Shown here piece after piece: positions 39,860 to 55,000 of a DNA stretch of 64,000 nt. The DNA comes from Eledone cirrhosa (Eukaryota). Each line of letters begins with the position of its first letter. Positions within the stretch are counted from its first letter, which is position 1. The stretch spans positions 15,066,001 to 15,130,000 of the forward strand of contig OZ024746.1 of assembly GCA_964016885.1 (NCBI GenBank). The letters run 5' to 3'. The notes under the pieces are model-generated. The model was given only the letters and a program-made list of their open reading frames with translations, was not told the DNA's origin and ran no database searches. A program made the position numbers and the translations under genes.

Positions 39860-42800
39860 TTATACAGATATACTGCCTTCTCGGAAGTTAGTTTTACCAA
39901 TGAGAGCATTAATCAGAACACTGTGACCTGCTTTGGCATCTTTTTGGCATTGTCTGAGTATTTCAGACATCTCATGTTCATTGGTTCTGTCCAGACAGTA
40001 ACCTCGAGCACCAAAACCTTGAGCAACAGTTTCGTACGAGGAGAACTAAAAAGAAGAGGAAAAAGTAAGAGAAAAATCAAATAGATTAATATTGGTTTCT
40101 TATATAGGCACATGACCAGTAATTTGGGGGGAGGAGAAAGTCGATTAAATCGACCCCAGTGTGTGACTGGTACTTTATTTTATCGACCCCATAAGGATGA
40201 AAGGCAAAGTTAACCTGGGCAGGATTTGAACTCAGATCATAAATGGCCGTAGCTCTATGCTGCAAAGCATGGCGTCCAACCCAATACTGATACAATACTG
40301 ATCTGTACCTTAGATTAATACTAATTAGTGTTACAGTCCATCTGTACCTTAGATTAATATTAATTAATGTTAGATTCCATGTGTATCTTAGATTAATACT
40401 AATTAGTGTTACAGTCCATCTGTACCTTAGATTAATATTAATTAATGTTAGATTCCATGTGTATCTTAGATTAATACTAATTAGTGTTAAACTTCATGTG
40501 TACCTTAAATTAATATTAATTAATGTTAGACTCCATGTGTATCTTAGATCAATACTAATTAGTGTTAGACACCATGTGTACCTTAGATCAATACTAATTA
40601 GTGTTAGACTCCATCTGTACCTTAGATCAATACTAATTAGTGTTACAGTCCATCTGTACCTTAGTTTAATACTAATTAGTGTTACAGTCCACCTGTACTC
40701 CAGATCAATACTAATTAGTGTTACAGTCCATCTGTACCTTAGATCAATACTAATTAGTGTTACAGTCCATCTGTACTCCAGATCAATACTAGTGTTAGAC
40801 TCCATGTGTACCTTAGATCAATACTAATTAGTGTTACTGTCCACCTGTACTCCAGATCAATACTAATTAGTGTTACAGTCCACCTGTACCTTAGATCAAT
40901 ACTAATTAGTGTTACAGTCCACCTGTACCTTAGATCAATACTAATTAGTGTTACAGTCCACCTGTACTCCAGATCAATACTAATTAGTGTTACAGTCCAC
41001 CTGTACTCCAGATCAATACTAATTAGTGTTACAGTCCACCTGTACCTTAGATCAATACTAATTAGTGTTACAGTCCACCTGTACCTTAGATCAATACTAA
41101 TTAGTGTTACAGTCCACCTGTACTCCAGATCAATACTAATTAGTGTTACAGTCCACCTGTACTCCAGATCAATACTAATTAGTGTTACAGTCCACCTGTA
41201 CCTTAGATCAATACTAATTAGTGTTACAGTCCACCTGTACTCCAGATCAATACCAGATTTTGAGCAAGTTTTTCTTTTCTTTTATTATTGCATAAACATG
41301 TGTCAGGAAGAAAATGATTTAGTTTTATTTTTGTTATTGGTTATATCCTTCTTCTTCTTCATTTCCCATCTCATTACAGAGGGCCAGGGACCATGGATAA
41401 TTGTACCAAAGCTCTCCACTTACTCCTTTCTCTTGTTACAGAGTAGACATAGAAAAATCAGGTTAGGAATCTAGAAATGTAATTACATTGTTACTTACAT
41501 TGAGACTGCAGGCAACATTACTTCCAAACATTGGTACTTGTTCCCTTGAAATTTGGGTCCAGCCAGCATCATTACCAACAAGAGCAATAACTGGCAGCTA
41601 AAACAGAAGTAATTTAACTCTTTCATTATGATATTTCTAATAAAGACACTGCCTATGTTTTAACACTTTCATTATGATATTTCTAATAAAAGACACTGCC
41701 TATTTCATTAACAGTTTCAATACCATATTTCTAATAAAAGACACTGCCTATTTCATTAACACTTTCAATACCATATTTCTAATAAAAGACACTGTCTATG
41801 TCATTAACACTTTCATTACCATATTTCTAATAAAGACACTGCCTATGTTTTAACACTTTCATTACCATATTTCTAATAAAGACAGTGTCTATGTTTTAAC
41901 ACTTTCATTACCATATTTCTAATAAAGACACTGCCTATGTTTTAACACTTTCATTACCATATTTCTAATGAAAGTCCCTGTCTATGTTTCTGAAACCATT
42001 TTGAAACTAATTAAGAAATTGGAGAGATATTGTACTATAACTATCTTTCTCATTTTTAAGCTGGTGTTTGGAACATAACTTAACAAAGGTTCTTACATAA
42101 AATTATGACAGAAGGCTTTTAAATGAATATAAATACTTTAACTCTTTTGTTACCATATTTCTAATGAAAGACACTGTCTATTTTATATCAGCTAAGTTCT
42201 ATGCTAGTATCAATCCAGGGCATTCTCACTCTTGTTAGAAGAACCCCACCCTGGTTTACCTCCTCTGTTTTCTGTTTCATTTTGGTCATGTCAGGGGTGT
42301 AGCTGTACTCACCACACTTGACCAATTGGAGGCTGGTGAGGCTATTTAACCCATAGTTGGGCTGTTGACTCTGAGGAGTTCATTAATCCTTTTAACAGCT
42401 CTTGCTTTTTGGGGGTTCCACTTAACTCTCCTCACCAGAGCAGTGTCTGGTGGGCGAGTTGGTTTCATTGCCAACCATTCGACCATGAAGCAGGTTGTAC
42501 TAGGTTACATGCTATCTGTAGCAGACAAAACCATGATCCGACCAGCTATGTTAGTATAGGTTTATTAAATCTACATATTCAATCAAAAGCAATAAATTTT
42601 GTAGAACCAACTTATTTTATCAATTTACCTTGTGCCGAACAAAAGTATCAAATTCTGCTACACTAAATCCAAGAGAACCGTCACCATATATAATCCACAC
42701 TTCACTTTCAGGACGGCAAATTTTAGCTCCAAGTGCAAATCCTCCACCAACACCAAGAGTTCCAAATGCCCCAGGGTCTAACCAAGATAAAGGACCACGG

Positions 42801-45800
42801 GGTCTACAAAAGTATTAAATCACATTAGTTTCCAAGTAGTTCAAGGGATCAACTAAGAAAGACAGGTCAACATTTCTGGAAACAAAAAAAAAACTGTTTA
42901 ATATATACAAATCTTTGTAGTGGTGGTGGTGGTAGTAGTGGTGGCAGTAGTAGTAGTGGTGGTGCTAGTGGTAGTAATGGTTATGGTTGTAGTAGTGGTT
43001 GTGGTGGTAGTAGTAGTGCTGGTAGTAGTGGTGGTAGTAGTAGTAGTGGTAGTGGTAGTAGTGGTTGTGGTGGTAGTAGTAGTGGTTGTGGTGGTAGTAG
43101 TAGTAGTAGTGGTTGTGGTGGTAGTAGTGGTTGTGGTGGTAGTAGTAGTTGTGGTAGTGGTGGTGGTAGTAGTAGTGGTTGTGGTGGTAGTAGTAGTGGT
43201 GGTGGTGATGGCAGTGGTAGTAGTAGTATTAGTAGCTATGAGGAAGGAGGTTTTATGGTGAACATGTTAAAAAGGTTTGAGGACAAAAATCTTTGTCTCC
43301 AGCCAAACCCTCAACTTCTTCAAGTACCAGTTGTGGAAGGTGAGGGTAGAGAGGAAGGTGTTACCTTCTAGTGTGTTTTATGAGAGATGGGTGAGGGTCA
43401 CAAGATTAATGGAAGCTGAATGGGCCCACTCTGACAATACTTTTCTAAGAAGGAAGAAAGGTACTGGTAGAGGACACTTTTAATGCCTGTGAAACGACAG
43501 AGCAATCCAGGATTTTGTGTGGGGCTCTCTCTGGGATTACCCTAAAGTGCAGACCTCCACCCCTCTTGGAGATCTTGTTTTTGTTGACATTTGTTATTGT
43601 TTGTATTGTTATCATATTTATTACAAGTGTTAGAGCAATATGGGGGAGGGGCTTTCACAAAAACCCACCCACCCTTATTAACATCTATCATCATCATTGA
43701 TTTTACGTCCACTTTTCCATGCTTGCATGGGTTGGACAGGTCTTTCTCAGCACAGCATCTCTCCACTTGTCGCGTTCCTTTGTCACCTTCTCTGCCAGTC
43801 TTACTGAATTGAAGTCAGCTCTCATAATCTCTGCTCAGGTCTTTCTTGGTTGTCCTCTACTGCGGCTTCCTTCCACTGGGATTTCCTGGCATTTCTTCCC
43901 ACATTGGTCATTGTCCATGCACATCACATGTCCATACCAACGCATTGTACACCATCTTGGATTCACCTTAAGCCCAGTTTCTCTCTCAGCTCGTCCAAAC
44001 TTTGCCTTCTATCACATGAATATAGTAAATAGCTGTGACATATTAGTATCTATGACATAATGGTATATGATGTTGGTTTTGTAGTGAAATCTCTTACCTG
44101 AGGATGTATGAAGCAGTACCAACAAAGTCTCCACCATCAGCTACTAAAATACTGTTGCCTGTGAGAATATCTTCAGTTTGCTGCAACACTTTAACAGGAT
44201 TTAAGTGTCTATCTGTTACTTCTTCACCTTTTTTCCTAAAATGGAACATAAAAAAAATTAATTACAGACTATCATCATCATCATTTAACTCTTTAGTTTT
44301 CAACCTGGCCAAAGCTGGCTCTGGTTCAATGAAATAAAATCACCCCTTTTAAAGGTTTCCAATTTTAATTAAAATCTTGCAACATAATTTTATATAAGAA
44401 CCTTACATTAGGATACTATCTTAGTAACTAAATAATTAATAATTTTAGTAAATCCCTCAAAATTTTTAATTAATTAATTAATATTAGACTGTAGTTCATT
44501 AGAAATGCAGTCATGGGAGGGTAAACATGTTTTCCCTGCTAGCAAGGGTTGGATGGGTCATCATAGATTTACTCAGTATTACCGAACTCTCATATTATTT
44601 TCCCACATTCTATGGGGTGCTTAGACAGGCTAGTGATCTGTATTTAACTTTAAAATGTTCCCATGCTCTACTGAGTGTATTTTATTGTGGCACCAACATT
44701 TGGGAGATTGTCATGTCTTTGACACAGCTAAAGAATCTTCCTAATCCTTTGTTTGACAAGTTTTCTACAGGTGGATGTCCTTCCTATCACCAACAACTAT
44801 ATATAAAAACTATGTGAAATATGTAACATAACAACCAAGATTGGTCACTGTGATTTGTCAAGTGTCAGACCATAACAACCTGTTCAATCTGTCCCACCCA
44901 TGCCAATATGGATAGGGGACATAAAAAGATGATGCTGATGACAATCTGGTATAGAAACAAAATAATAATAATAATTATCCTATAAACAAAATAATAATAA
45001 TAATAATAATGGTTTCTGATTTAGGCACATTTTGGGGGGAAGGGAAAGTCGAATAAGTTGACCCCAGTGCATGACTGGTACTTTATTTTATCGACCCTGT
45101 AAAGATGAAAGTCAAAATTAATCTTGATGGGATTTGAACTCAGAACATAAAGGGCTGTAACTCTATGCTGCAAAGCATGTTGTCCGGTGCTTTACCGATA
45201 CTACTAATCCACTAATAATAATAACAATTATCCTATTACCAAAATAACAATATTAGTAGCAACATGAAGGAGAGTATAAGAATTACTTGTTTGTGTTCTC
45301 TTTTAGATTATCTCTTTCACGTAAAGTAGATAACCATTCTGGGTCACATTTATAACCTTGAAGGTTTTCAGAGAGTTGAGTAACAAATGTAGCAGCATCT
45401 CCTTGGATGGCAACGGTTGGCTTCCAAAACATGTCAGAATTCTGAAGAGAAGAACAATATGTGGAATATATATATATATATGAAAATTAAACAGAAAAAT
45501 AACACAGCAAACAATACAGTACAATGAAGAAATATATTAGTTTAATGCTTGATATAGTAGGGAAAGAGTCTTAATGCTTCGGACACTAGTCCTTCATCAG
45601 AAGATAGAATGAGAAATAAAAGAAGAAATAGAAAGAGAGAGTGAGAAGAGGAAGAAACAGAAAAAAGATGGGTGTAAATATATTTTATTCATAAATTTGG
45701 GAGAATCATCAAATTCGAAAAAAAAAAAACAAAAAAAAAAACAACACACATAACAAAAAACAAAAAGAAGTGAATCCAGCCTCTTATTTTCTTAATTCTC

Positions 45801-48800
45801 TCCACAATATATCAACTTTTGTAACCATATGAACTGTTGCTTGTAAGTCGAAATACTTACTTTATACAGTTGTTCTTTAGAACGGTTGACTGCAATAATT
45901 CTGGCTCTCCTGTTCAGTGATCGACCATACCCGAGGCGGAAATCACAAACAGTTCCTGGAATTACATTAAGAATATGATAAGAATCTACGAAACTATAAA
46001 CAATGTGGAGTAAAAACAATATTAAAAATGATGATAATAACTGTTTCAACTTTAGGCACAAGGCGCACAATTACCCAGTGCATGATGATAATAATGAAAA
46101 TTATTGTGTACAGTGCTCAGGTGTACTTCAACTCATCAAAAGTGCATGTATGTACAGAGAATAATGTACAAATGTCAGGAAAGTGAACAGTGTATGAGTC
46201 ATGATATACACACAAATACATGCATGCGTGTGTATGGAGGCGGAATATAGACAGTTTTTATGTCTATTTTCCCATGTTTGTCTGGGTTAATGAATATTCT
46301 CCAGGATAGAATTTCAACAGTGTAGTTTTTACATCTGTTTTTCCACATTTGCCAGATGGTATTGATTCCACAACAATGCAATTTTCTTTCTAGCATCAAC
46401 TTATGTGCTGGTATCACAATAAAATACAACCAGCCCACCATATAAAATGGTAGTGTTGGTGTCACAATAAAATGTACTCAGCTCATTCTGTAGAGTGATA
46501 AAAAGCACCCAGTCCACCTTGTCAGATGGCAGTGTTAGTACCACAATAAAATGCACTCAGTACATGTCATAAAGTGGTTGGCATTAGGAAGGGTATCTAG
46601 CCATAGAACATGACAAACCATTTAACTCATGTGACAAACTATTTAACCCATGTGAGAAACCACTTAACCCGTGACAAACCATTTAACCCATGTGACAAAC
46701 CATTTAACTCATGTGACAAACCATTTAACTCATGTGACAAACGATTTAACCCATGTGACAAACCATTTAACCCATGTGACAAACCATTTAACCTATGTAA
46801 CAAACCATTTAACCCATGTGACAAATGATTTAAACCACGTGACAAACGATTTAACCCATGTGACAAACCATTTAACCCATGTGACAAACCATTTAACCCA
46901 TGCAAGCATTGAAAATAGACATTGATTGGTGATAATGAAAAAATATAAATCATATATGTTAGTATTTAAAAAAAATAGTAAATGAAATAAAAAATAAAAT
47001 GAATTTACCAGCCAGAATAACGAGGTCGGCTTCCTTCAAGGCATCACGGCGCTGTTGTCTCATCTGTAGTGGGTTATTTCTACCAAGAAGACCACGTGAC
47101 ATACCACCAAGGAAACATGGCACACCTATATTCTAGGTCAAAGATATTGGAAGATTGTGTTGAAAAAACACAAGAGTTAGTAACTGGTTGTAATGAGTGA
47201 AGGTAGAGAGTTGATATAGTGAGAGGAGGTAGTAAGTGGGTGTAGTGAGTGGAGGTAGTGAGTGGGTGTAGTGAGTGGAGGTAGAGAGTTGATGTAATGA
47301 GTGGATGTAGTGAATGAGACAACCAAACTAAATACGTACCTCTAGTGATTTGCATAGACTTTCTACAGGAACTGGAGGTAGCGTAATTTGACTTCCCAAT
47401 AGGAATAAAGGTTTCTTAGCCTTCGAGAGTAACTCTGCACATGTCTGCACTGAAACAAGTGGATAGGAGTCCAATTATTGGTGCAGTATTGATTAAAAAT
47501 GAATCATTTCAGATAGATTTGGAAAATGATTTGTTAATTTTTCCATTACCATATTTTTCATGGAAGGCATTGCTACACCATTTAACATATATTTTCCATG
47601 CTTGATGAGTTAGACAAGTTGTCATATTGTGAGATGAGTTAAGTCAGGTGACCATGTCTTGCTCATATGGATCTGTTTCTCACTTGGTTTTTATGACTGG
47701 ATGCCCTTCCTAATGCCAACCACTTTACAGCATAGACTGGGTCCTTTTTCATCATGGTACCAGCTCGAACACCAACAAGGTGAACAGAGTGCTTTTTGTC
47801 ATAACACCAGCATGACCACTTTACAGGGTGGACTGGGTGCTTTTTGTTGTGTCACCAGCATAACCACCTTTAGTTTACAAATAATTTGAAAATAATCAAG
47901 AATTTGGAGAGATTTAGTAATATAACTAACTTTTTTTGATTATTAATTTGATGTTTGGAAAAAAACTTAAAGGATCTGACATAAAAATATGATGGAAGGA
48001 TTTTAGATAAATATAATGCATGACACTGCCTATGATTTTCAAATAAATAACTACTACTACTACTACAGCTGTCACTCACAATCATGTATGACTTGGTAGT
48101 ATGTAACATGCATTTGCTAAGGGTTTTAGGTGTCCATGTAGTTGTCACCCCACATCCCTTGATCCAGTGGAACATCAAGAATGAGAGCTGGAAGGAGAGA
48201 AGACTGCACCGAGACTGAGCTGGTACTTCATTTATTCACCCAGGTTGGATAAAAAATAAAGTAGACCTCAGAACACAGAGACCCTGAATAAATATTCAAT
48301 AAACTAATAACTCAACCAAATTGACAACCTTACTAATGTAACTAGATTTCTTATTATTAAGCTAGCTGTTTAATATTCTTTTCTAAATCTATTTAAGACT
48401 TTCTGCATTCTTCGTAATCATAGTAAATATTTTCATCTAAACATATGGCCAAACACCTTATAGATTTAGAATTTGTTGTGGTTTAACAACAGGTCATCCT
48501 CATCAAATCTTATTTGGTATATTATAAACCCTGTTACCCAATGTGTCCTTTTTTTAAGATGGTAGGATGTGATTTGATTGAAGTTTGGTTGATATTTTTA
48601 GAAGGTCAAGTGAAGCAACTGTGTAACCATTTTATTGTGGGTGAGGTAGAAAACTTGCTAAAAAAAGGGTTGAGAGGAGCCATTAGTTAATGTCAAGGAC
48701 ATGACAACCTCTCTAGTGTTGGTGATCTACATGATAAAAGCACCCAGTACATGCTGTAAAGTGGTTGGTGTTAGGAAGGACATCTAGCCATAGAAAGCTT

Positions 48801-51800
48801 GCCAAAGAAAGGTTTAGGAGGACCCTTCAGTTTGTGTCAAAAGATATGACAATGTCTCTTGTGCACTCGATAGAACATATAACCATATGTAAGTGAGATT
48901 TAGATCCCTCGGCCTGTCTGGGAGGTGAGTAGCCCTACTTCAGTACTGACTTGGTCTATGTAGACCTGTTCAACCTTTACTAGCAGGTAAAGTGGATGTT
49001 AAACGATGATGATGATGATGATGATGTACCTACCTTGAGTGTGAGAAGGTTTGGGTATGTTCACATGAAGAGGAGACATATCACGGTCTTCAAATGCTCC
49101 AGCAAATAAATTATTAAGGTGATTCTGGAGATAACTAACAAAATGGGAAAAAAAGAATAAAAATAAAAATAAAAATAAATATGTCTGAAACACAAAAATC
49201 AAATAAAATAAATTAATTCTTTTTCTGTTATAATGTATTTCTTCTATTATCTGTATAATCTGGAGGTGACTTGAGAAAACTACTGAAATACAGACAGCCA
49301 TGAAGAATATATGATTGTGAAAACAATTAACAAAAGTAAATGAGGGATGAGCAGGTATCGACAGTATCTAGGATGTAGAGAGTGAAGCAACTTAAGAGGA
49401 AGAGGGTGCAACGATAATATTGCGGATAAATAACTGATAGTGTTGGTAATAGATAACTCATAATGTTGGTGATCGATAACTGATAGTGTTGGTTACAGAA
49501 GACTGATAGTGTTGGTGCCAGAAGGCTGATAGTGTTGGTGCCAGAAGTCTGATAGTGTTGGTGATAGATAACTGATAGTGTTGATGTTAGATGACTGATA
49601 GTGTTGACGACAGAAGACTAATAGTGTTGGTGACAGATGACAGATGAATACAGTACTTTACTTCAGTCAAGGTAAATACCACCTGATAGGGAAGTGATAG
49701 CAGACCAACTTAAAAGTTTTCACACTAATTAAATCTGAAACAGCTCCTTAGATGTCTAAAATAGGGGTCTGAGAGGCTGTTTGAGGGCTTAACATTGGTA
49801 TCTTATTTAGCTACAAATTTGGTGGAGGGCAAAGTTGATTAATTCAACCTCAGGTACTTGACTGATATTTTATTTTATTGCCTCACCCACCCCTAGAGGC
49901 AAAGTTAACCAGGGTTATTGACCCCTAGATAGATGAAAGGCAAAATAGACCACTGCAGAATATTAACTCAAAAGTGTTAAAAGCCAGAAACAAATACTGC
50001 AATGACATTTTATCTGATGCTCTACCAATTCTATCAATCCACCAATCATTGGTGCTTAATATTAATGGTCAAAGTATAGATTAAATATTAATGGTTAACC
50101 CTTTAGCATTTACATTACTCTATATTTACTATTATATTTTTATGGTAAAGGCTTTACTCATATAATTATCTCACATAACATTGAATCTATGAGATTTTGA
50201 TATTATTTATTTTGAGAATAATACCTTAACATAAGTATGAGTGGCCAGTTACAGCCGGTTTGAACAGAAAGAGGTGAGGGAATTCTGGCCGGTTATGGTC
50301 GGGTTAAAACATAATGATGATGGTCACATACCAGTTCACAAGCTTCTGCATCAGACCTTTACCAGAATCTTTCATTCCTAATTCTTTCTTCACAATTTCA
50401 TAAGGATAGAGAACATCAATTGGGAACTCAACAAAAACAGGACCTGAAATAAGAAGGAAGCTATGAAGAAATAAAGATCCTCCTCCCTCTTCACCAATAA
50501 TTCAGTATTAGAAGTATTGAGGAAATAAAGTCCCTCCCCACTCTCCAATAATCAAGTATCAATACACCTAAAATATGAAGGAACTATTGAAGAATTAAAG
50601 CCCCTGCCCCATCTCTTCTATAACCCAGTACCAATACAGACAATTGAAACATTCATAAAATAACCCTTCGATGGATGTGCATCCTGTCCAGAAAGGGAGT
50701 CTTGCACTCAGTCGCTTAACACCATGGAAGTTGGACTAAGTACCAGCCTGATGGGCTTCCGGGCTTGAGGCAGACTTTAACCCTGCGATGGACTACCATC
50801 TTGTCCAGTGGGGAGTCTTGTACCCGCAGTTGCTTCACACCACGGAAACCAAGATAAGCACTGGCCTAATGTGTAAAGGTAATCAGATGTTCTGTCTGCT
50901 GAAGAAAGGGAAATAAGGGTGGCTTACCTGGAGTATTACTCTGAGCTATTTGGATAGCTTTCTGAAGTGTTGGTACAATGTCTTTAACAGTCATTACAGA
51001 AGCTGTGAATTTACAGAGTGACTTAAACAATGAAAGCTGATCAATGTCTTGCAGTGATCCACGACCCTGAAATAGAAAGAATAATGTCAATGTGAAGTAA
51101 AGTAAATGGTGGGAAGTAATCACAATATATAGTAAGAGGGTACATTATTGTATTAGACACACAGGTACTGTATATATAGATATTGGACACCAGATTTTTT
51201 AAAAGTGACCACAATATACAGTAAGGGGTTACAGTGATGTAGTGAACAGACAGATGTTATATAATGTAAAGTGACCACAGTATAGAGTAAGGGTTACAGC
51301 AAGATAGATGCATTAAACACACAAATATCTTACACAAAATAACCTTATGTCATACATAAAACTCTCATTTTCTATATTTTAAATTTCAATAAACATTGAT
51401 TTAATTGTATTCAGAGATCAAAGCTTCATCAACCACTGCCACCACCACCACCACCACCATCATCATCTATTTACATTCGTTTTTTCCATGTTAGCATGGG
51501 TTGGATGGATTTTTTTCCAGCACAGCAGCCTTCCAACTACTGTATTACTTCATCATTTCCTTTGTGAGGTTCAGCATTTTGAGATCAGCTCTCAGTCTCT
51601 GTCCAGGTTTTCCTTGGTCTTCCTCTACTACAGTTTCCTTCCACTAGGATTTCCTTGCACTTCTTCACCCAGTGATCATCATCCATGTCCTTATCAAAGC
51701 AGTCTTCATTCATGCACATCACTTTGGATTCCTCTTAAACCCAGAAACCCGGTTTCACCCTCAGCCTATCCAAGCTCTGCCTTTCTCTCACATTTACATT

Positions 51801-52007
51801 GCACATCCAACAAATCATGGCTATATATATACATATATGTAAAATCCTGACTGTGGTGCCAAGCTGTTTCAGTTTGTGTTGTGTCATACAAGCCGGAACC
51901 GGTTGGCACCGCAGTCGGGATCTTGCATATTTCTATACCCACTCTGCATCTCCCCATGCATGGAGTACTCCCATGATTAATGGTCTCCCAGGTCTCAGCA
52001 CTGCATA

Positions 52008-52085
<78 letters not shown>

Positions 52086-55000
52086 ATAGGCTTCAGCAGT
52101 TTCCATCTTTCACATTAACACTGCACATTTAGTATAAGATAAAAGAGAAGTTACCTTCAGCAATGTTGCTGCTGCCCCACCAATAAGTAAAATGGGAGAC
52201 TCTGCCATCTGGGCATTCTTGACGGCTGTCACAGTGTTAGTGACTCCTGTGGAAATACAAAACATAGAACAGAGAATGATAGAAGTTTCTTTCTTGTTGT
52301 TGATGTTGTTTTAACAACATATTATTAGTTAGTATATTTATGTTGTACAGTTTGTTAAATAAAAGAATAATTTATGTATTTAAATTTAGAATATAGTCAC
52401 CCCACAATGAAGATAACTATAATTGTTTCTACTTTTTGGCACAAGGCCAGCAATTACCCAGCGTATTACTGGTACTTTATTTTAGTTAACCTCGGCGGGA
52501 TTCAAACTCAGAATGGCAAGGGCCGTAACTCTATGCGTCAGAGTATAGCGTCCGACCCTCTACCAATACTGCCAATCCACTGAAGATAACTATAATAATA
52601 GTTGATAGCTATCAATAATAGTTGAATAAATCAGGTGAAGTACACCTAGAGATAGAATTGAATGATGCATCACACAACCTCTCACTACAGTCTCACAACT
52701 CAGCCGGTTTTGTTGCCTTACAATGTCACAACATTTCACTACAGTGTCACAACTCACTAGTCTCAAAACATCTCACTACAGTCTCACAACACCTCAGCCA
52801 GTTTTGTTGCTGTGTATGTCTTACAGGCTACTTTGTTAGCTCAAAATGGAAAGTTTAGAGGCCAGACATTCCCCTTGGTACCTCAAACACTTAACACAAG
52901 TACCATATATATCTATATGAAATATATGATGAAGAAAGGGGGTTGGGAAGAATGTTCAGTTGTGTCAAAGCCGTGGCAACCTCTTTAGTGTTGATGATTG
53001 ACATGATAAACACATCCAGTACATTCTGCAAAGTTGTTGGTGGCATGAAGGGCCTCCTGCTGTAGAAAAACACCTGCTAAACAAAAGGTTGGGTGGAATC
53101 TGCAGCTGTGTCCAAAGGCATGAGGACCTCCCAGTACTGGTGCCATGATAAAAGATACCCAGTGTGGGGGGACATATGTGAGATGCGGGCATCCAGCCTG
53201 TCTGAGAGATCAGTGGCTTCAATTAACTACTGACTTGGTCTGTGTCGGACTATACCAAGCCTTAGTAGCAGAGAAAACATGATAATTGTTTCTACTTTAG
53301 GCACAAGGCCAGAAATTACCCAGTGCATTACTGGTACTTTATTTTATCGACCCCGTAAGGATGAAAGGCAAAGAGTCAACCTCGGCGAGATTTGAACTCA
53401 GATCGTAAAGGGACGTAACTATGCTGGAAAGCATGGCGTCCGACCCTCTACTGATACTGCCAATCCACCGCCGAGAAAACATGATAATGAAGAGAGAATA
53501 GATACCTGGTCCTGCAGTGACAGCAGCTACACCAACAGTACCAGACATTCTAGCAACAGCATCAGCAGCAAAAACACTGGTAACCTAGTTAGGATGAGAA
53601 GAAGAAGATCAAATGGTGGAAGATTAAAGATATTAAAAAGCACTGGTAGCCAAGTATAATTAATACAAAGTAGTGTGAGATATGTAATAAATGACTGATT
53701 AGTTTCAGAAAGCCAGAGTGTGGCAGAAATATCTTCTTCTTCTTGAATCATCCCTCCATTGAAGGTGAAGCATGCAGATTTCCCCATCTCTCATCACAGC
53801 AAGAAGAAGATCTGGTCAAGTGAAGTCAGTGTCCTTCACCAACAGTCCTGATGGTTATGTTTGGATTTTCATTTCACATTTGAAAAGAGGGAAATAACCC
53901 TGAAATATAATGTTGAAATATACTGGGTAAAACATTACTTTGTTTTGTTTTATTTGTCATCCTATGCCTTTTATATATTTTTACTACACTGAAATGTCTT
54001 TTAGAAACTTATCAATCATTTATTACTGGTAACCTAATTCTAACATTAAAATGTCGCATAGGATGCTTTATGGTATTTGTTCTGGCTATCTGCTCTCTGA
54101 GTTCAAATCCCGCCGAGGTCAACTTCGCCTTTCATCCTTTTGAGGTCGATAAAAAAATGTACCAGTCTAGTACTGGGGTGGTTCTTCCTCTATATTTCTT
54201 TCTCATTTCCCCTCTCTCACTTTCTATCTTTCTCTGGAAGAAAACTGCTGCACTCAGCCCAGGAGAGGGAAGGGCTCGATCAGGCTTAAAATGCCCAAGA
54301 AATGCTGTATGTCAATATGGTGTCTCTATGACTCTATCAGGAGTTATGGGACCATACATACCTACAACCTAGTTAGGATGTGAAGAAGAAGACAAAATGA
54401 TGGAAGAATAAAGATATTCAAATCAGAAAAAGGCTGATGGAGGATAGATGATTCAGTAAAACATTAAAAATAAAAAAATTAAATAGATTCCTAACTTTAC
54501 CATTTGCATTTTTGATTTAATATACATATTAAATATTTCAGTTTCTGATTAGTTTCAACTGCCGCCACCACCATCACTATTTTACATCTATTGTCCATGC
54601 TTACATGGGTTAGATGGGTTGTCATTCTCTGAGGCTAGACAGCTCAGGTCAAACACCTATGTCTTGCTCATGTAATCCATTCTTACATGGTTTCTGTGGC
54701 TGGTTGCCTTTCCTAACAACCACTTTACAGAGTGTACTGGGTACATTTTATGATGGGACCACCACTACCACCTGACAGGGCTGACAGTGCTTTTTATTGT
54801 GATACCAGCCTAATGTAGTGTGGTATAATACAGTACCAACAACACAAACAACAATAACAACAACATAACAATGGTGTACTAAAAGAAGACAGTGGAAAGA
54901 AGAAAAAAAATTAAAACCAATCATACATACTTCATGTCTTGTATCAATAACTTTAATGCCAAGTCTTTCACATGCCACCAAAATGGGAGAAATATGGCCT

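Noticed and set aside
40381-41474. Hydrophobic repeat ORFs
   Set aside because: 39-bp minisatellite in the last ILVBL intron.
42920-43261. Poly-Val ORF (poly-Thr on minus)
   Set aside because: Intronic trinucleotide microsatellite; the ILVBL frame closes without it.
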